Part shown: positions 1-7,659 of the stretch, piece by piece | Layout of the letters: the number at the start of each line of letters is the position of its first letter | Numbering within the stretch: the first letter of the stretch is position 1 | Made by a program: the position numbers and the translations under genes | From: Gemmatimonadota bacterium | GTDB taxonomy: Bacteria; Latescibacterota; UBA2968; UBA8231 | Length of the DNA stretch: 32,331 nt | Reading direction: 5' to 3' | NCBI GenBank assembly: GCA_038128265.1 | Contig: JAYPJE010000046.1 | Span: 1 to 32,331 of the forward strand | Notes under the pieces: model-generated | Databases searched by the model: none | What the model was told of the DNA's origin: nothing | What the model saw: the letters and a program-made list of their open reading frames with translations, nothing else

Positions 1-76
1 GGTCTTTGGGTGATTGGCGTATCTCGTCTAGGCCGGCCTCGAGCTGTTCTGTGGTCAGGTGGGCTGCAGTCGTCAT
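1..76 (-). CDS. N-terminus of a probable MOSC-domain protein (partial, runs off the left edge; not in the ORF track)
   Basis: ATG at 76-74 with GGAGAA about 8 nt upstream. It translates as MTTAAHLTTEQLEAGLDEIRQSPKD, which resembles the 'HLTxxELEAGLDEIRxSPxD' start of a MOSC-domain family. It lies co-directionally downstream of modC. Confidence 0.6.
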   Translation of the reverse strand, partial: MTTAAHLTTEQLEAGLDEIRQSPKD

Positions 77-150
77 GGTATGGTTTCTCCGTGTAATGAA
101 ATGCGCTTGAACGCTAAGTTAAGCAATCGCAGGGTCGTGCATAAAGTGAA

Positions 151-1230
151 CTAATCGACGCGAGGGCCCAAGCGCAGCGCGTTGGTCTTGATCAGACAGA
201 AAACCTCTTGCCCCTCTTCCAGTGCGAGTTCTCTCAGTGCTTCCCCGGTAATTTTAGCCGCGATTCTCCGCCCTACGTCGATATAGATTAAATAGGTGCC
301 GTCTACGAATGTGATCTGTGCTATGGTTCCGCGCAGCGCGTTGCGAATGCTCAAGCCGTCCGGTGACCGCCGCGAGAGAATGATGTCGTCGGCGCGCAGG
401 CCGATAAAAATGTGCTGGCCAGCGGGTTGCTCGACAGGGGGTATCTTGAGCTCTTGTGCGCCGCAGCGCGCCCGGCTGAAACCTGCCCCCGATGGCGATT
501 CGAGCAGCTCGACCTGCAGCACGTTTTCAAAGCCGTGTTCCCCCAATAGGGGCAAGACGCCCGGTTCGGTGGCGATTCTAAAAAAATCCCCGTGCGCCAG
601 CACCTGGCCGCGCTCTAACATGATGACCTGTCCAGTCAACTCGAGAATCTCGGCGACGGAATGGCTGACGTAGAGCATGGGAATGGCCAGCTCGGTGCGG
701 ATGTGGCGCAGGTAGGGTATGATTCGGCTCTTTAGTCCTTGATCGAGCGCGGCTAGCGGTTCGTCCATCAGCAGCAGGCGCGGCGAGCAGAGCAAGGCAC
801 GTCCTAGGGCCACGCGCTGGCGTTCGCCGCCCGACAGGCCGGCGGGCCGGCGCCCAAGCAGCGGTCCGATCTCCAGCAGCTCGACGATTTGATCTGGAGC
901 GAAGCGCCGCGCATTGCTCGGCAGCAGGTCGTAGCCGTAGCACAGGTTGCGTTCGACGCTAAGGTGGGGAAAGAGCAGGTCCTGCTGAAAGACGTAGCCA
1001 ATGCCGCGCCGCTCCGGCACCAGATGGATGCCGCGTTCGGAGGAAAACAGCACGTCGCCGTCAACGGTGATTTCGCCCCGGTCAGGGCACAGCAGGCCGG
1101 CGATCATATGGAGCAGCGAGGTCTTGCCCGCCCCAGAAGGGCCGTAGAGTGCGGTGGTTGCGTAGCGGCATTCGAGATCGACCGACAGCGTGAAATCGGT
1201 CAGCTTGTGCTCTATATCGAGGCGCAGCAC
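151..1230 (-). CDS. modC: Molybdate ABC transporter ATP-binding subunit
   Basis: Walker A GPSGAGKT, signature LSGGE, Walker B LLLMDEP, GIGYVFQ and a C-terminal TOBE-like region (LSIRNALRG). The likely start is GTG at 1230, next to the modB stop; the ORF-track extension to 1527 overlaps modB. Confidence 0.93.
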   Translation of the reverse strand: MLRLDIEHKLTDFTLSVDLECRYATTALYGPSGAGKTSLLHMIAGLLCPDRGEITVDGDVLFSSERGIHLVPERRGIGYVFQQDLLFPHLSVERNLCYGYDLLPSNARRFAPDQIVELLEIGPLLGRRPAGLSGGERQRVALGRALLCSPRLLLMDEPLAALDQGLKSRIIPYLRHIRTELAIPMLYVSHSVAEILELTGQVIMLERGQVLAHGDFFRIATEPGVLPLLGEHGFENVLQVELLESPSGAGFSRARCGAQELKIPPVEQPAGQHIFIGLRADDIILSRRSPDGLSIRNALRGTIAQITFVDGTYLIYIDVGRRIAAKITGEALRELALEEGQEVFCLIKTNALRLGPRVD

Positions 1231-1231
1231 G

Positions 1232-1906
1232 CTAGGATCTCCGCATGCGCCGGGCGGTCCATTCGCTGGCGATGAGCGCGGCCAGTGCAATGGCAATGGA
1301 TATGACGACGAGCCGAGCGGCGGCCGCTTCGCCGTCGGGTTGGTTGAGGTAGGTATAGATCGCCGCCGGCAGCGTGCGCGTCTGTCCGGCAATGTTGGAT
1401 ACAAAGGTGATCGTGGCGCCAAACTCGCCCAAGCTACGGGCAAAGGCCAGCAGGGCGCCGACGAGGAGTCCGGGCAGAGCCAGGGGTAAGGTAATCGTGC
1501 AGAAGGTGCGCAACTTGGATGCGCCAAGCGTGCGCGCGACCCGCTCGAGCTGCGGGTCGACTTCTTCTATGCTCAGGCGCACCGAGCGCAGGACGAGCGG
1601 AAAGGCGACGACGGCTGAAGCGACGACGGCCCCCTTCCAGTCAAAGGCCAGCGTGAGACCAAGTGCATCCAGCGTCGGCCCGAGCGGTCCACGGCGTCCG
1701 AAGAGCAGCAGGAGTAGGTAGCCAGTGACGACCGGCGGTAGTACGAGCGGCAGATGGCACAGACCGTCGACTACGATCTTGAGGGGGAAGTCGCGTCGGG
1801 CTAGCAGCCAGCCTAGGGCCACGGCTGGTGGCAGGGTGACGGCGACGCAGCACAGCGCCACGCGCAGCGAGAGGCTAAGGACCTCCCATTCCTCAGCGCT
1901 GAGCAC
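1232..1906 (-). CDS. modB: Molybdate ABC transporter permease
   Basis: Motifs LPLVLPPVVTGY, ARTLGAS and FARSLGEFGAT. GTG start at 1906 with GGAGAG RBS; overlaps the modA 3' end. Confidence 0.95.
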   Translation of the reverse strand: MLSAEEWEVLSLSLRVALCCVAVTLPPAVALGWLLARRDFPLKIVVDGLCHLPLVLPPVVTGYLLLLLFGRRGPLGPTLDALGLTLAFDWKGAVVASAVVAFPLVLRSVRLSIEEVDPQLERVARTLGASKLRTFCTITLPLALPGLLVGALLAFARSLGEFGATITFVSNIAGQTRTLPAAIYTYLNQPDGEAAAARLVVISIAIALAALIASEWTARRMRRS

Positions 1907-2681
1907 GGGGCATCTCTCCAATCGGTGTAAAGCCGCGGCGGCTGAATAGGGCTTGGGCCTCTGTAGAGCGAAGATGCTCAAAAAGGCGACGCACGTCGGG
2001 GCGGTCGCGACCGGCAACGATTGCAGCCGGGTAGCGAATCGGTACATGCAGGCTGTCGGGCAAGGTCGCCACGATTTGCACGCCGTCGCTGATAGCCACA
2101 TCGGTAGCGTAGACGATGCCGAGCGCGCACTCGCCGCGCGCGACATAGGCCAGCGCCGCGCGCACGTCGGGTGAAGGGGCCAGTCGCCGCTCGAGCGCAC
2201 TCCACCAGCCCAGCCGCTGTAGCGCTTGCTGCGCATACATGCCGGCCGGCACGTGGGAAGGATCGCCTAGAGCAATGCGCCCACTGAACGCACCGGCCAA
2301 ATCAAAGGTGCGTTGCACGTCGATGGCTATGGGGCTATCGGTCGGTGTGACCAGCACGAGTGCGTTGCCCAACAGATCGACGCGCGTGGTCGAGTCGACT
2401 AGCCCACGCTGCTGCAGGTAGTCCATCCACAGCGCATTGGCCGAAAGATAGATGTCGGCCGGTGCGCCGGCCTCGATTTGCTTTGCCAGCGTTGAAGAAC
2501 TGGCAAAGGAGAGGCGAACGTCGGCAAAGCGTGCGCGCGGAAGCAGCTCTTGCAGTGTCGTACTCAGACTCGCCGCTGCGTAGAGCACCACGGGCTCGTC
2601 TGCCGGTGCGGGGCGTGCACTGCATAAGACCAACGCAGCTAAGAGTGAGAGTCGGCAAGCATACATGACATTGGAGAACAT
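1893..2681 (-). CDS. modA: Molybdate ABC transporter substrate-binding protein
   Basis: Signal-peptide-like N-terminus, YAAASL, FASSSTLAKQIEAGAPADIYLSAN, VPAGMYA and GIVYATD. An alternative start is at 2666. Confidence 0.95.
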   Translation of the reverse strand: MFSNVMYACRLSLLAALVLCSARPAPADEPVVLYAAASLSTTLQELLPRARFADVRLSFASSSTLAKQIEAGAPADIYLSANALWMDYLQQRGLVDSTTRVDLLGNALVLVTPTDSPIAIDVQRTFDLAGAFSGRIALGDPSHVPAGMYAQQALQRLGWWSALERRLAPSPDVRAALAYVARGECALGIVYATDVAISDGVQIVATLPDSLHVPIRYPAAIVAGRDRPDVRRLFEHLRSTEAQALFSRRGFTPIGEMPRAQR

Positions 2682-2742
2682 CGCCCCATGCGGTCTCTAA
2701 GGCAATGCGCACATGAGATATGCGGAGCCCCGTCTGGCGCGA

Positions 2743-5097
2743 CTAGCCATGCCAGAAGTGCTCCAGCATGTGCCCGATCTCTTCGCCGCTGCGCACGGTG
2801 TGCACGCCGTGCCAAAACGGGGGAAAGAGGCGGCGATAGCGCGGCTGATCAAAGCGGCGGTCCAGCAGTAAAACGATGCCGCGATCGGCGTCGGTGCGGA
2901 TGACGCGCCCGGCCGCCTGCAGCACGCGGTTCATGCCGGGAAAGGTATAGGCGTAGTCGAAGCCGGGCAGATCAGCGCCGTCAAAGTAGTGGCGAATCAG
3001 ATCGCGCTCTAAACAGATCTGCGGCAGGCCAACGCCGACGATGACGGCGCCGACGAGGCGATCGCCGACTAGGTCGATGCCCTCGCCGAAAATGCCGCCC
3101 ATCACGGCAAAGCCAACGGTCGTCTGCGCATTGTCCTCGGCAAAGACGGCCAGAAACTCCTCGCGCCGATGCTCGGGCATAGACGTTTCCTGCACCAGTA
3201 TATCGATGTCTGGATGGCTTTCGGCAAAGCGCTCGGCCACTTCCTGCATGTAGCGATAGGAGGGAAAGAAGGCCAGGTAGTTTCCCGTGCGCTGGCTGGC
3301 GGCTACGGCGATCGATTCGGCGACCTCGCCGTAGCTTGCTTCGCGCTTTTTATAGGTCGTCTCTATTTGGTCTGCTAGCAGCAGGCGCAGATTATCGCGT
3401 GGGAAGGGTGAGTCGAGACTGAGCAGTGGATCGTCCTCATCGCCTCCCAAGATTTGGCGAAAATAGTCCAGCGGCGTCAGCGTGGCGGAAAAAAAGACGG
3501 CCGATGCACCGCGCCTGAGCGCGTCGCGGATATTTTTTGACGGATCGATGTTGTAGAGCCGTAGGTATACCTCCTTGTGCTCCTTCTCGGCATAGGTGGT
3601 ATAGCGCTCGTCGTAGAGCTCGGCGATGCGCGTGAAGGCCAGCGCGCGGAAATAGACGTCGATCAGCGCGTCAAAATAGAGGAGCCCGGCACCGCGCGAC
3701 AGAACGCGCTCTGTTTCGCGCAGAAACTTCTCCAATTTGGGTAGGATTTCCTTGGGCAGCTGTGGGTCGATCCAGGCGCTGCCATCGCCTTCCTTTTCGA
3801 CTTTTTTACCTAAACCCAGCAGATATTTATTGATGTCGCCGAGCAGTTTGCCCAGCGACGGCTGGTCTTTTGCTACGAGGCGCCGCAGGCCGAGTATTTC
3901 GCTCTTGTAGAGATCGGCCGAAAACATCTCTCTCGCGCGATCAACTAGATTGTGCGCTTCGTCGATAAGAAAGGCATAGCGTCCGCCTTCTTCCTCGAAA
4001 AAGCGCTTTAGATGGGCGCGTGGATCAAAGACGTAGTTGTAGTCGCAAATGATGATGTCGGACCACAGGGACAGATCGAGGGAAAATTCAAAGGGGCACA
4101 CTTGGTGTTTCTGCGCGTATTCCTCGATGCGCGCGCGCGTAAAGGCATCGTGTTGAAAGGCATCTTCGAGCGCATCGTTGATGCGGTCGAAATAGCCGAT
4201 GGCAAAGGAGCACTGGTCCGGGTCGCACGAACTGCCGCCGTTGGGTTTGAAGCAGATCTTATCGCGGGCCGTTAGCGTGAGACTTTTGAGCTGCACGCCG
4301 CTCGCGCGCATATCGTCGACCGCCTTTTCGGCTACGGTGCGGCCAATGGTTTTAGCCGTCAGATAAAAAAGCTTTTCGGCGTGGCCGAGGCCAAGGGCCT
4401 TCACGGCGGGAAAGAGCGTGGAGATGGTCTTGCCGATGCCGGTGGGCGCCTGGGCAAAAACGCGCCCATCGTTTTCTATGGCGCGATAGGTGGCCACGGC
4501 TAGCGCGCGCTGACCAGGGCGATAGTCGGGAAAGGGAAATTGCAGCGTTTCAATGGTTACGTCGCGCTCGCTGCACCAGCTGTGATAGATGCGCGCCCAG
4601 TGCATATAGCGCTCAATTAGGTCTTCGAAAAAGTCCAGCAGTGCACGCCGTGTAAAAGTGCGGCGGTCTTCGTGGCGCTCCATGCTTTCGAGCTGCACGT
4701 AGGTCAGCTGCACGTCGACCTGCTCCAACTCGTGCTGAATGGCCAGGATACTGGCGTAGACCTTAGCCTGTGCCCAGTGCACGGGCACGTCGTCCATATC
4801 GGGATCGAGCGCGCCTTCGGTCGTTTTGATTTCCTCGACCAGCACGGTGTCGTCTTCGACGAGCAAGCCGTCGACGCGGCCGTTAATTTCTAGTTCGAGG
4901 TTGTCGACTTCTACGCGATAGGATAGGGGCACTTCCGCCTGATAGTGCTCCGGGCGAGCGCGCTGCACGCGCTGGTGGCCGCGCGTGCCTTCTACGAGGC
5001 GGTCGGGGTTGCCAAAGCCGCCAGAGACGAGATCGCCGGAGCGCAGCACAAAGCCGACGAGGGCGCGGACAGAAGTTTTTAGCAGACGCGTGCTCAT
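2743..5097 (-). CDS. DinG/Rad3/XPD-family Fe-S ATP-dependent DNA helicase with an N-terminal PD-(D/E)XK (RecB/Cas4-like) nuclease domain
   Basis: Q motif FPFPDYRPGQ, APTGIGKT, DEAH, SATL, EGID and QAAGRVIR. Four Cys (KICF..SCDPDQC..VCPFE) fit an Fe-S cluster. The N-terminus has GTRGH..E..GRVDG..EEIKT..QAKVY nuclease motifs. Confidence 0.9.
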   Translation of the reverse strand: MSTRLLKTSVRALVGFVLRSGDLVSGGFGNPDRLVEGTRGHQRVQRARPEHYQAEVPLSYRVEVDNLELEINGRVDGLLVEDDTVLVEEIKTTEGALDPDMDDVPVHWAQAKVYASILAIQHELEQVDVQLTYVQLESMERHEDRRTFTRRALLDFFEDLIERYMHWARIYHSWCSERDVTIETLQFPFPDYRPGQRALAVATYRAIENDGRVFAQAPTGIGKTISTLFPAVKALGLGHAEKLFYLTAKTIGRTVAEKAVDDMRASGVQLKSLTLTARDKICFKPNGGSSCDPDQCSFAIGYFDRINDALEDAFQHDAFTRARIEEYAQKHQVCPFEFSLDLSLWSDIIICDYNYVFDPRAHLKRFFEEEGGRYAFLIDEAHNLVDRAREMFSADLYKSEILGLRRLVAKDQPSLGKLLGDINKYLLGLGKKVEKEGDGSAWIDPQLPKEILPKLEKFLRETERVLSRGAGLLYFDALIDVYFRALAFTRIAELYDERYTTYAEKEHKEVYLRLYNIDPSKNIRDALRRGASAVFFSATLTPLDYFRQILGGDEDDPLLSLDSPFPRDNLRLLLADQIETTYKKREASYGEVAESIAVAASQRTGNYLAFFPSYRYMQEVAERFAESHPDIDILVQETSMPEHRREEFLAVFAEDNAQTTVGFAVMGGIFGEGIDLVGDRLVGAVIVGVGLPQICLERDLIRHYFDGADLPGFDYAYTFPGMNRVLQAAGRVIRTDADRGIVLLLDRRFDQPRYRRLFPPFWHGVHTVRSGEEIGHMLEHFWHG

Positions 5098-5250
5098 GGT
5101 GGATTTATCTAAAGATAGGGGCTATTTTAGGCGGCGCTACTGGAGCGGCTCATGGGTATGCCCCGCGTTTTTGGTCGTGCGCGATCCCCGATGGGGATGC
5201 TCTGTATGCGTGCAATTGGACGGAGATCGCATTGAAATGGGAGAGCTACG

Positions 5251-6132
5251 ATGAACGAAGAAGTCGAGGTGCGGCTAGGGGTTATTGGCGGTTCGGGTCT
5301 GTATCAGATGGAGGGCGCCGAGGTGGTTGCCGAACACGCCCTCAGCACGCCTTTTGGTGCGACATCGGACGCGGTAATTGAGACGCGCATCGACGGACGC
5401 ACGGCGTTTTTTCTACCGCGCCACGGCCGCGGCCATCGGCTGCTGCCTTCGGAAGTGCCGGCGCGCGCCAATATCTGTGCGCTAAAGATGCTCGGGGTTA
5501 CGCACGTGATGGCGGTCAGCGCCTGCGGCATTATGCGCGAAGAGATTGCGCCGGGCGATATGGTCGTGCCCGACCAAATTTTTGATCGCACGCGCGGTCA
5601 GCGCCCGTCGACGTTTTTTGGCGAAGGCATTGTTGGCCACCTGCCCTTTGCCGATCCCTTTTGCGAGGAACTGCGCACAACGCTGCTGCAGTCGGCCGCA
5701 GCCGAGGGGGCTACGGTGCACGCAGGTGGCACGTACATATGCATGGAAGGGCCGCTCTTTTCCACGCGCGCCGAGTCGAATTTCTATCGAAACACCGTCG
5801 ATGCGGCGGTGATTGGCATGACGGCCCTGCCCGAGGCCAAGCTGGCGCGCGAGGCCGAGCTGTGCTACGCCATGCTGGCGATGGGCACCGATTACGACTG
5901 CTGGCACGAAGAGGAAGAAGACGTGACGATCGAGCAGGTATTGGCCGTTATGCACGGCAACGCCGCAACGGCTAACCATATCGTGCGGCGCGTGGCGGGG
6001 GCGTTGCCGGCCACGTCGTCGTGTGCGTGCCTGAGCGCTGCGCAATACGCCATTGTGACGGATCGCGAAAAGATTCCGCGCGAGACGGTCGAGAAACTGC
6101 GGCCGATCTACGGACGCTACTTGGAGCAATAG
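5251..6132 (+). CDS. mtnP: S-methyl-5'-thioadenosine phosphorylase
   Basis: Motifs GVIGGSGLY, LPRHGRGH, EGPLFSTRAES, IGMT..PEAKLAREAE and TDYDCW. GGGAGAG RBS. Confidence 0.92.
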   Translation: MNEEVEVRLGVIGGSGLYQMEGAEVVAEHALSTPFGATSDAVIETRIDGRTAFFLPRHGRGHRLLPSEVPARANICALKMLGVTHVMAVSACGIMREEIAPGDMVVPDQIFDRTRGQRPSTFFGEGIVGHLPFADPFCEELRTTLLQSAAAEGATVHAGGTYICMEGPLFSTRAESNFYRNTVDAAVIGMTALPEAKLAREAELCYAMLAMGTDYDCWHEEEEDVTIEQVLAVMHGNAATANHIVRRVAGALPATSSCACLSAAQYAIVTDREKIPRETVEKLRPIYGRYLEQ

Positions 6133-6173
6133 GCGCAGGCCAGAAGAACGATTCGGCCCGCGCCCGTCCGCCG

Positions 6174-7448
6174 TTACTTCTTGCGTTTGCCCTTTACTTT
6201 TTCCACGCGTCGCACGGTGCTGCCATCCTGGACGGCATCGTAGAGAGCGGCAAACTCTCTGCTGCCATCGTCTTCGACGGGCACGCACTCGGAGCCGGCT
6301 TCGCACACCGGCATGGCATCGCGCGGGTAGGCGCCGTGCAGCGCCTGCTTCGAGCAGCCGTAGTAGGTCACCTCGCCGTTGGCGCGCGCGTAGCGGTAGA
6401 CGTGGCGCGGCGGGTCAACCCAGGTGTAGTCGACCTGGTATTTTTCAATGGCTTTCTCGTCGATTTCCAGCCCCAGCCCCGGTCGTTCGGGCACGCGGTA
6501 GTAGCCGCCGCGCAGTTCGATCGGCTCATTGATGAGCTGCTTCTTCCAAATATTCATGCAGGTAATGGCCGGCCACTTGGCCTGCGGGCAGACGGCGCCC
6601 AAATGGGCAGCCCACGTCGTGGTGACGCCGGTGCCGACTAGCTGCAGCCAGAACGGCTTGTTGGCCGCGTCGGAAATGGCTGACTGTTGCATGATGTTGC
6701 GCGCCCCGGCACAGACGACAAAGCCGTCGGCCACGTCGTGGTGCAGCGTCGTCATAATGGGCGGACTGCCAAAGTGCATGGCGACGGGGCGATCGATGCG
6801 GTTGCGAATCTGCGCGTTGCCGGCTACGTCGCTCTGCGGAATCGGCGTCTCGATCATGGCCACCTGCTCGTACTGCTCGAGCGTAGAGAGAAATTCGACG
6901 GCGCTGGCGGCGTTGCCGAGCGTGCTGTTAAAGTCGAGATCGAGCTTGAACTGCGATGGAACGACCTTGATAATGGAGCGAATGGCGTCGTGCAGATCGT
7001 ACCAGGTGCGCGCCTTGAGCTTGGCCGTCATATAGCCGGCCTTTACGGCGTCGGTGCACTGGCGCGCCCAGTCCTTAGAGGGCATATCCATGGCCCACCA
7101 GGACAGCGGACACCAGTCGCGCACCTTGGTGCCGAGCAGGCGGTAGGCCGGGGTGCCTAGCTTTTTGCCAACGGCGTCAAAAAGCGCCATCTGCACGCCG
7201 GCTCCCAGTCCATCATCCCACAGCAGGTCGGCGGCGGTCTTGCCGACGATGCGCTCTTCGATGTCGCTCGGCACCTTTGACCAGGTGTAGTTGGGAATGG
7301 TCTCGCCCCAGCCCACGGTGCCGTCGTCCATTTCCAGCTTGCAGAGCTGAACGATGCGCCAGTGCGGCAGCCAGTACTTCATATGTGCGTTGGTATGGGC
7401 GGTAAACGGCACGTCGAGATGGATGAGCTGGACCGATTTAATTCGCAT
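6174..7448 (-). CDS. Mandelate racemase/muconate lactonizing enzyme (enolase superfamily) protein
   Basis: Capping-domain GWGE and MALFDAVGK..P.YRLLG, KLK, D (LDFN), E (IETP) and VPERPGLG. It carries an extra C-terminal extension. Confidence 0.85.
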   Translation of the reverse strand: MRIKSVQLIHLDVPFTAHTNAHMKYWLPHWRIVQLCKLEMDDGTVGWGETIPNYTWSKVPSDIEERIVGKTAADLLWDDGLGAGVQMALFDAVGKKLGTPAYRLLGTKVRDWCPLSWWAMDMPSKDWARQCTDAVKAGYMTAKLKARTWYDLHDAIRSIIKVVPSQFKLDLDFNSTLGNAASAVEFLSTLEQYEQVAMIETPIPQSDVAGNAQIRNRIDRPVAMHFGSPPIMTTLHHDVADGFVVCAGARNIMQQSAISDAANKPFWLQLVGTGVTTTWAAHLGAVCPQAKWPAITCMNIWKKQLINEPIELRGGYYRVPERPGLGLEIDEKAIEKYQVDYTWVDPPRHVYRYARANGEVTYYGCSKQALHGAYPRDAMPVCEAGSECVPVEDDGSREFAALYDAVQDGSTVRRVEKVKGKRKK

Positions 7449-7485
7449 GCGAGCCTTCTTGGTTAGGGAGAGAGGGTGGGCGCAC

Positions 7486-7514
7486 TAGATAGAAGAGTTG
7501 GGTGCAAATGTCAA
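7486..7514 (-). promoter_or_regulatory. Sigma70-type promoter for the enolase-family gene
   Basis: The minus strand reads TTGACA-N17-TATCTA, ending about 37 nt upstream of the ATG at 7448. Confidence 0.6.
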
Positions 7515-7659
7515 GCAATTGGAGGAAATGTAACAATGAGCCGCCGGTATTTAGTTCAAATGCGGCCGACACCGGGTGATTTGATGGACAGACAGCAGTC
7601 GTATGCGCGGCGTTTAGATAGCCTGCCCGCTGGGTCGATTTCTTCGTACATTCAACGGC

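Noticed and set aside
2682..2742. Possible ModE box or Moco riboswitch upstream of modA
   Set aside because: There is no TATAT-N7-TAYAT-type ModE palindrome, and the 61-nt gap is too short and lacks Moco RNA features.
2743..5097. Type IV CRISPR (CasDinG) or Cas4 association
   Set aside because: There are no repeats, spacers or cas genes anywhere in the window, and the neighbours are housekeeping genes.
5482..6306. 274-aa antisense ORF over mtnP
   Set aside because: It is an Arg-rich shadow frame opposite a well-supported gene.
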